Positions 58,974 to 64,000 of a stretch of 64,000 nucleotides of DNA are shown piece after piece. The position numbers and the translations under genes are program-made. A model generated the notes under the pieces. The model was not told the origin of the DNA and ran no database searches. It saw nothing but the letters and a program-made list of their open reading frames with translations. This DNA is from an uncultured Candidatus Saccharibacteria bacterium (GTDB taxonomy: Bacteria; Patescibacteriota; Minisyncoccia; 2-02-FULL-40-12; GWA2-44-9), in assembly GCA_964356795.1 (NCBI GenBank), contig CAYHIK010000001.1, forward strand, positions 3,111-67,110. Direction: 5' to 3'. Every line of letters starts with the position of its first letter. The first letter of the stretch is position 1.

Positions 58974-59054
58974 TTTTGCTAGACTTTACGATACCACGCT
59001 CGCACAAAAACAAAAAGCCTTGTATTTACTACTGTATACTATTAAGATTTCTCC

Positions 59055-59828
59055 ATGGAACAGAAGAGTGAAGCATATTATTACGACCTATCCCATAAGG
59101 AGGAACGCTGGGATCAGGGCGATAATAAGCGATTTATTACCCTCATCAACGAAACCGCCAAAGACGTACTCGAAATTGGGTGCGGCACCGCCAGTATCGT
59201 GCCATGGCTCAAGAAAGAGATTACCTATACAGGCGTGGACATTTCCGCGCTCGCTATTCAGCGAGCAAAGCAATTCCATGCAGGACGAGAGCGCACATCT
59301 TTTATTTGCGAATCAGTTGATTCGCTTAATCTTCGACCTGAAAGCTACGACGTCGTTGCAGCGTTCAACTCCCTTGAGCATGTGCGAAATCCCAAAAAAA
59401 TGCTGACACTTATACTGCGCGCATTAAAACCAAATGGCCACATCATACTCACAGGCCCAAATCTAGATTTACCGTGGAGCACACCGAATGGCATACGTCA
59501 TTATAAGGCTCATCAAATCTTCTTCTTTCGATTACTAAGAATGGGCGATTATATAAAAAGGATATTTGGATTTCTTCCTTTTCGCACGATTCCTGAAAAT
59601 TACACGGAATCAACAGGGAAATATGAGAAGCCAGACGATGATTTACGGCACGTACTATCCTCTTTTGAAGTTATCACATGGCTCACACGCAATCACATTG
59701 AAATAACATACACCCCTCAATTCCCTGCGTGCAGGAGCTACAAAGACTACATCAAGCGCGCAATCACATTTCTCCCAGGAATGCGCTACTACGGACGACA
59801 TTTTACTGTTATCGGAAAGAAGAAGTAA
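59055..59828 (+). CDS. class I SAM-dependent methyltransferase
   Basis: [12 protein letters not shown] motif I and [12 protein letters not shown]. It is the only plus-strand gene in the locus and overlaps the GT4 gene convergently by about 20 nt. Confidence 0.65.
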   Translation: MEQKSEAYYYDLSHKEERWDQGDNKRFITLINETAKDVLEIGCGTASIVPWLKKEITYTGVDISALAIQRAKQFHAGRERTSFICESVDSLNLRPESYDVVAAFNSLEHVRNPKKMLTLILRALKPNGHIILTGPNLDLPWSTPNGIRHYKAHQIFFFRLLRMGDYIKRIFGFLPFRTIPENYTESTGKYEKPDDDLRHVLSSFEVITWLTRNHIEITYTPQFPACRSYKDYIKRAITFLPGMRYYGRHFTVIGKKK

Positions 59829-60942
59829 ATTCTTGTATGCTACGAGCTCGCTTCGTCCAAGAATATTTCTGAACTTCCTCGCGAGCGCGGACTGCTCGCT
59901 GGGCACCATCAGTCATCGCAGTGCGAATGCCCTGCGCCATTGATTCGCTGTCATCAGGAGTCACGAACACCGCACACTCATCGGATAACACCTCGCGCAA
60001 TGAAGGCAAATCAGATGCGACAATGGGCGTGCCCGACGCCATGTATTCGAATAACTTCAGAGGAGATGTGTAGCGACTCGATATTTTTTCCTTCTGTGAA
60101 TTCGGTAGCGCCACGACATCACCCGCCGACAAATACAACGGCACCTGCTGATGCGGAACAAACCCCCTGAATATAACGTTGGCGCTACCCCCATGCTTCA
60201 TTTTATATACTTGTATATCTTCTGGCGTTCCACCGACAAATACAAAAAGCATATCGGGCAGTGTTACCGCCGCCCCCAAGAGCGTGTCGACTCCCTTCCA
60301 TCCATAGAGATGGCCCGCGTATACGACTATTTTTTTATCCTGCGGCAAATCGAGCATAGTCCGAGCATCGGCACGATGTGGAACATTCTTAAACATCTCG
60401 AGGTCCACACCGTCGGGAGCCACCAGCACCCGCCCCATGTACACCCTCTCAATATCCTCGCACAACCCATTCGATATGGTGATAATCCCGCGAATTGCGT
60501 GGAGCACCTTTCTATATATATAGGACTGAATATTCTTAGGCATTGAATGCATCTCCCAATACATAGGAAGCTTGAGCGACCGAAGCACGAAAAGCGAAAA
60601 TGGGTCGCGCGAATAAATCACGCCTTGCGCGTGAGCGAGGTGTCGGCGTACGGCAAACCCAAATGCTAATTGCTGAAGCCAAAAAAAGAATTTCGCCAGT
60701 GGCGCGAACGTGGTCACCGTAATGAAATCGGCGGAGGATAATTTCGTTATTTTGAATCCATGCTTTATTCCATAATATTTGATTGGATCTTTTTCGGTGA
60801 TTGATGGGTATGTGCGCCTATCAGGAATGATGAGCTCACACTCAACACCAAGCGATGCAAACGCTTCGCACGTCTTCATAATCTGAAGGCCGTGCGCCTT
60901 TGGTGTGGGGAGTTGATTATTCGCGACGTAGTAGAGCTTCAT
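59809..60942 (-). CDS. glycosyltransferase family 4
   Basis: GT-B fold with a C-terminal EX7E motif ([19 protein letters not shown]). Confidence 0.75.
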   Translation of the reverse strand: MKLYYVANNQLPTPKAHGLQIMKTCEAFASLGVECELIIPDRRTYPSITEKDPIKYYGIKHGFKITKLSSADFITVTTFAPLAKFFFWLQQLAFGFAVRRHLAHAQGVIYSRDPFSLFVLRSLKLPMYWEMHSMPKNIQSYIYRKVLHAIRGIITISNGLCEDIERVYMGRVLVAPDGVDLEMFKNVPHRADARTMLDLPQDKKIVVYAGHLYGWKGVDTLLGAAVTLPDMLFVFVGGTPEDIQVYKMKHGGSANVIFRGFVPHQQVPLYLSAGDVVALPNSQKEKISSRYTSPLKLFEYMASGTPIVASDLPSLREVLSDECAVFVTPDDSESMAQGIRTAMTDGAQRAVRAREEVQKYSWTKRARSIQEFTSSFR

Positions 60943-61967
60943 ATGCTTAGTCCCGTTATTCGGAGCACCTCGGACATTCTATCGAGATACGTATGCGAAG
61001 CTCGCGTGCGCTCAAATCCCGCCCGCGCAATTCGCATGCGCTCTTCATCGTGGGCGAGGTAGTGTGCAACTTTTTCTCGTATATCGTGCTTGTCGTGAAA
61101 TGGAATAAATTCTTCGCCCTCCCTGAAGAGATTAAAAATCTCCTTCTTATCGTCTCGATTCAGTAAGAATCCGCCCGCACCCGTGATTTCAAATGGGCGC
61201 ACATTCACGCCCGTGCCGAGCACGTCGGATACATGCATACTAATCACCACCTTACTGCGAGCGTAGATACTCGCCATCTCCGAGCTCGAAGGATACCCAT
61301 GGTATACATCGTAGAGACTCGTATCCTTCCAGGCCTTGTTTCCCCATACGTGCAGACCCAAGTCTTTCACGCACGCGAGAATGTGCTCACGATCCGCATA
61401 TCGCACGCGGTCATACGACCCGATAAATGAAATGGGATATTCGTAGTTGGTATCGGGAAATGCCATATCCTTGGCAATATCGGCACAGAATGGAAGATAG
61501 TGGGCGTGCTGATATCCAGAATCAGCGAGCGTGGACACAACCAGCGGGTCAAAGTTAAAAAAATGAGAATAGTGCGGTGCGATTCGGAGCATCCGCTGGA
61601 GGTGGTCCATCGTTTCCGGATACCAGTTCACGACAACCGACCTCTGGCGAAGCTCGTCGAGCATATCGAGTCCGAGCGTCTTCCCCTTTGATACGAAGAC
61701 GAGGTCGGGCTGGAAACGACGAGCAACATCGAGAATATGGCGGTCTACTTTCCGAAGCTCTCTTCGGTGAAGTGGCTCGCGGATTACGCTCGGGAGCTTA
61801 TCGAATACTCGCTGAGGCAACGTATTCGTCATCAACAGCGTTGTCCCTAAATAATCAGCAAACTGAACCTCGCACCCGAGCTGTTGGAATGCTCGCGTGA
61901 TTGGTTCGGTGAAGATTGAATATCGCTGACTAATGAGGAGTACCTTTTTCATGAGATGGCTCGCCAA
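60939..61967 (-). CDS. CgeB-like / DUF3880 glycosyltransferase family protein
   Basis: The C-terminal third (...[13 protein letters not shown]...) resembles the GT1-like domain of the CgeB family; 342 aa. Confidence 0.4.
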   Translation of the reverse strand: MASHLMKKVLLISQRYSIFTEPITRAFQQLGCEVQFADYLGTTLLMTNTLPQRVFDKLPSVIREPLHRRELRKVDRHILDVARRFQPDLVFVSKGKTLGLDMLDELRQRSVVVNWYPETMDHLQRMLRIAPHYSHFFNFDPLVVSTLADSGYQHAHYLPFCADIAKDMAFPDTNYEYPISFIGSYDRVRYADREHILACVKDLGLHVWGNKAWKDTSLYDVYHGYPSSSEMASIYARSKVVISMHVSDVLGTGVNVRPFEITGAGGFLLNRDDKKEIFNLFREGEEFIPFHDKHDIREKVAHYLAHDEERMRIARAGFERTRASHTYLDRMSEVLRITGLSI

Positions 61968-62802
61968 GTAATGCGATACGAATTCTGAATTTTACAGAGC
62001 CGTACAGAAGTAGCCACTTATACTGAATGCGGCGAAATTCGTACATAGGCGGAAGTGTCTCCGAAAAACCGTGACGCGCATACATCCACGCAATACGAAA
62101 CAGTGTCCGCACTAATCCGCCAACATTCCGATATACAATCCAATACATAAACGTGCCGAGTGGAATTTTCACCGCTTCACGGATCTGAATTTGAATATGC
62201 CCACGATTCAAATTTGGCTCATAGGGCGGAATCCCGCCGTTCGGCTCCACGATAACGAACCACGGATTCTTCATAGTCCCTACGGGAAACTTCTTTGCAT
62301 CAAATGCTAGTCGAGAATGAGGCGTCCGCTCGTGTCGTATTCCTGACGCCCGATTCATGAGTCTCATCTGGTATCCGGGATATGCCGTTGAATGTCTAAT
62401 CTCCCGACCATTGTAATTAATGTGCCCAGGCAATTGGTAGATGTAGTGCTTGATGGGGGTCGTCGTAACGATTGCGCGAATTTCTTCGGCAGTTCTTGCG
62501 GGAAGCTCCTCGTCTGTATCAAGGTAAAAATTCCAATCATAGCGCCCCCCCTCGATGGCCTTGTTCCGAAGTGCCGCAACGTCTTTGAGTCGATAATTCG
62601 GCTGGTCAGTATCGGCTTGCTTCACGATGTGATTCGTATACTCCCGAGCAATCGCGAGCGTATCATCGGTGCTATTGCCATCGAGAATGAGAATATCATC
62701 GAACTCTTTCAGGCTCTCAAGGCATCGACGAAGCACGCGACCCGAATTGAGCGTAAACACCTGCGCAGTACACGGTATCTTGTTGTTATCGCTTGGCGAC
62801 AT
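61930..62802 (-). CDS. glycosyltransferase family 2
   Basis: ATG at 62802 (MSPSDNNKIPCTAQVFTLNSG...) with ILDGNSTDDT and DTDEEL (DxD). The longer track ORF, reaching 62997, overlaps the downstream GT4. Confidence 0.6.
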   Translation of the reverse strand: MSPSDNNKIPCTAQVFTLNSGRVLRRCLESLKEFDDILILDGNSTDDTLAIAREYTNHIVKQADTDQPNYRLKDVAALRNKAIEGGRYDWNFYLDTDEELPARTAEEIRAIVTTTPIKHYIYQLPGHINYNGREIRHSTAYPGYQMRLMNRASGIRHERTPHSRLAFDAKKFPVGTMKNPWFVIVEPNGGIPPYEPNLNRGHIQIQIREAVKIPLGTFMYWIVYRNVGGLVRTLFRIAWMYARHGFSETLPPMYEFRRIQYKWLLLYGSVKFRIRIALLGEPSHEKGTPH

Positions 62803-63970
62803 CGTGAAATAATGAAAACATTTTCTTACTAATGACCTCATTGCTGAAGTGGGAGACAATGTATTCTCGCCCATTCGCTCCATACTGCCGTGCTCTTTCC
62901 GGATTCTGCACCAATGCAACCATTGCCGCGTAGAGCGCATCCTCATCGTTGGGTGGAACCATGATGCCCGTCTTCTGATCAAGCAGAACCTCATCAATGG
63001 ATCCCGTATGGGTTGAAATCACAGGAACACCGCACAGTGAGGCCTCGGCAATTGAGTATCCAAACTGCTCCTCCCACCCGTCGAGCGGAATGCTGGGATA
63101 GAGAAATACATCCGCTGCATTATACAGTGCTGGCAATTTCTCATTTTCGGTAATCCAGGGCACAAATATAACTTCAGACTGTAATCCAAGACTATCTACG
63201 AGTGCTCGCAGTTCCGACTCATACTCTCCGCTCCCTACAATCAAGAATTTTACAGCATACTCGCCCTTCATGCGCGCCAGAGCACGCAATGCAATATGAA
63301 TTCCCTTGCGCTTTCCGAGGGCGCCGATAAAGAGAAACACCTTACTCCCCGTCAAACCGTACTGCCGAGAGACGTCTTCATGATTGATGCCTGGACGGAA
63401 TCGTTGCACATCAAATCCTGCGTGCAAAAATGTGCCTATCGCTATGTCTGACCCAAATGACTTCAGAATGCGCTCAGCTTTATGCATACCGCAAATCGCA
63501 CCATCCGACAGGGCGAGCGTTGCGCGTATAATCCATTGCTTCAGCCGATACCTTAGGCCTCTATCCTTCTCTTTATAGGGAATATTCTCCCAGTAGTGGA
63601 ATACATGCTTCATGCCAAACAACTTCGCCCAGAAGGCATTATAGAGCGTTGAGAGCACATTGGGCTCTCCTGTAGTGAAGAGGATATCTACTCCCTTCGT
63701 GAATCGAATCCACGCGAGCCGAACGACAAAAAATGGCATCCATCCCTTCAGGAGTCCGCCAATCACTGGGTACTGAGAATGCGTGAAGAATGCCGGCGAG
63801 TGGAAGATGTGAAACCCCTTTCGCGTGAACGGCTTGAACACGACTTTTCCATGCTTTGCCGTCCAGTTACTCGGCAAAATAAAGAAGAGGTGCTCCCGCT
63901 CGGGATACGACTCGAATACATCAAAGAGATTCTGACGTGTGTAGGTGTAGCCTGAAACGACGATATTCAT
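62786..63970 (-). CDS. glycosyltransferase family 4
   Basis: LFIGALGKRKG and the EX7E region FGYSIAEASLCGVPVISTHTGS. Confidence 0.75.
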   Translation of the reverse strand: MNIVVSGYTYTRQNLFDVFESYPEREHLFFILPSNWTAKHGKVVFKPFTRKGFHIFHSPAFFTHSQYPVIGGLLKGWMPFFVVRLAWIRFTKGVDILFTTGEPNVLSTLYNAFWAKLFGMKHVFHYWENIPYKEKDRGLRYRLKQWIIRATLALSDGAICGMHKAERILKSFGSDIAIGTFLHAGFDVQRFRPGINHEDVSRQYGLTGSKVFLFIGALGKRKGIHIALRALARMKGEYAVKFLIVGSGEYESELRALVDSLGLQSEVIFVPWITENEKLPALYNAADVFLYPSIPLDGWEEQFGYSIAEASLCGVPVISTHTGSIDEVLLDQKTGIMVPPNDEDALYAAMVALVQNPERARQYGANGREYIVSHFSNEVISKKMFSLFHDVAKR

Positions 63971-64000
63971 GGGCGCTCGCAGAGTGTGTTTATCGATGAA

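Overview
This 64 kb window looks like bacterial chromosome with a compact genome style: short intergenic gaps, many ATGA/4-nt gene overlaps, and frequent TTG/GTG starts. Gene content (FemAB, short MurE, split coupling protein) would fit a Patescibacteria/CPR-like organism, but that is not provable from sequence alone. About 90% of the window is coding, and most genes are on the minus strand.

The layout, in order:
- 1-9.7 kb: a core block with holB (3' end off-window), murG, a small MGMT-domain protein, a secreted S8 protease, a family-4 UDG, a Wzy_C/O-antigen-ligase-like protein, an amino-acid permease and lon.
- 9.8-10.25 kb: a GC-rich single-gene insertion with its own SD and terminator.
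- 10.3-12.5 kb: a beta-CASP MBL RNase and a presenilin/SPP-like intramembrane protease.
- 12.5-15.5 kb: a GC-rich block of three hypothetical genes.
- 15.6-22.8 kb: a cell-wall/division cluster (murE-like, FemAB, ftsW, mraY, D-Ala-D-Ala carboxypeptidase) followed by aspS.
- 22.8-28.5 kb: tRNA-Lys(UUU) at 22842-22914 with its promoter and terminator, followed by extra direct and inverted copies of the tRNA 3' end. Downstream is an accessory-looking module. It has three tiny Cys-containing proteins, each with its own SD and terminator. It also has a VirD4/TraD-like coupling ATPase split from its membrane partner, and a sigma-70 region-4 HTH protein.
- 28.5-42.5 kb: secDF, a small membrane protein preceded by a large structured inverted-repeat element, a TM0106 RecB-like nuclease, and an M16 peptidase operon. 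That operon includes a signal-peptide-bearing Arg/Asp/Tyr/Trp-rich low-complexity secreted protein, a small HExxH protein and a DUF378 protein. Then come gpsA, maf, secA, hpf and a secreted HExxH protease.
- 42.6-64 kb: a glycan/envelope biosynthesis locus. It starts with a polyprenyl-P sugar transferase behind a consensus sigma70 promoter and near-leaderless start. It continues with a Wzy-like/TPR protein, GT4, GT2, GT9 and CgeB-like glycosyltransferases, a Wzx flippase, five SAM-methyltransferase domains (one fused to a GT2), and two YfhO-like GT-C membrane proteins whose C-terminal ~174 aa are encoded by an identical ~524 bp direct repeat.

No rRNA, CRISPR array or obvious transposase/integrase was found.
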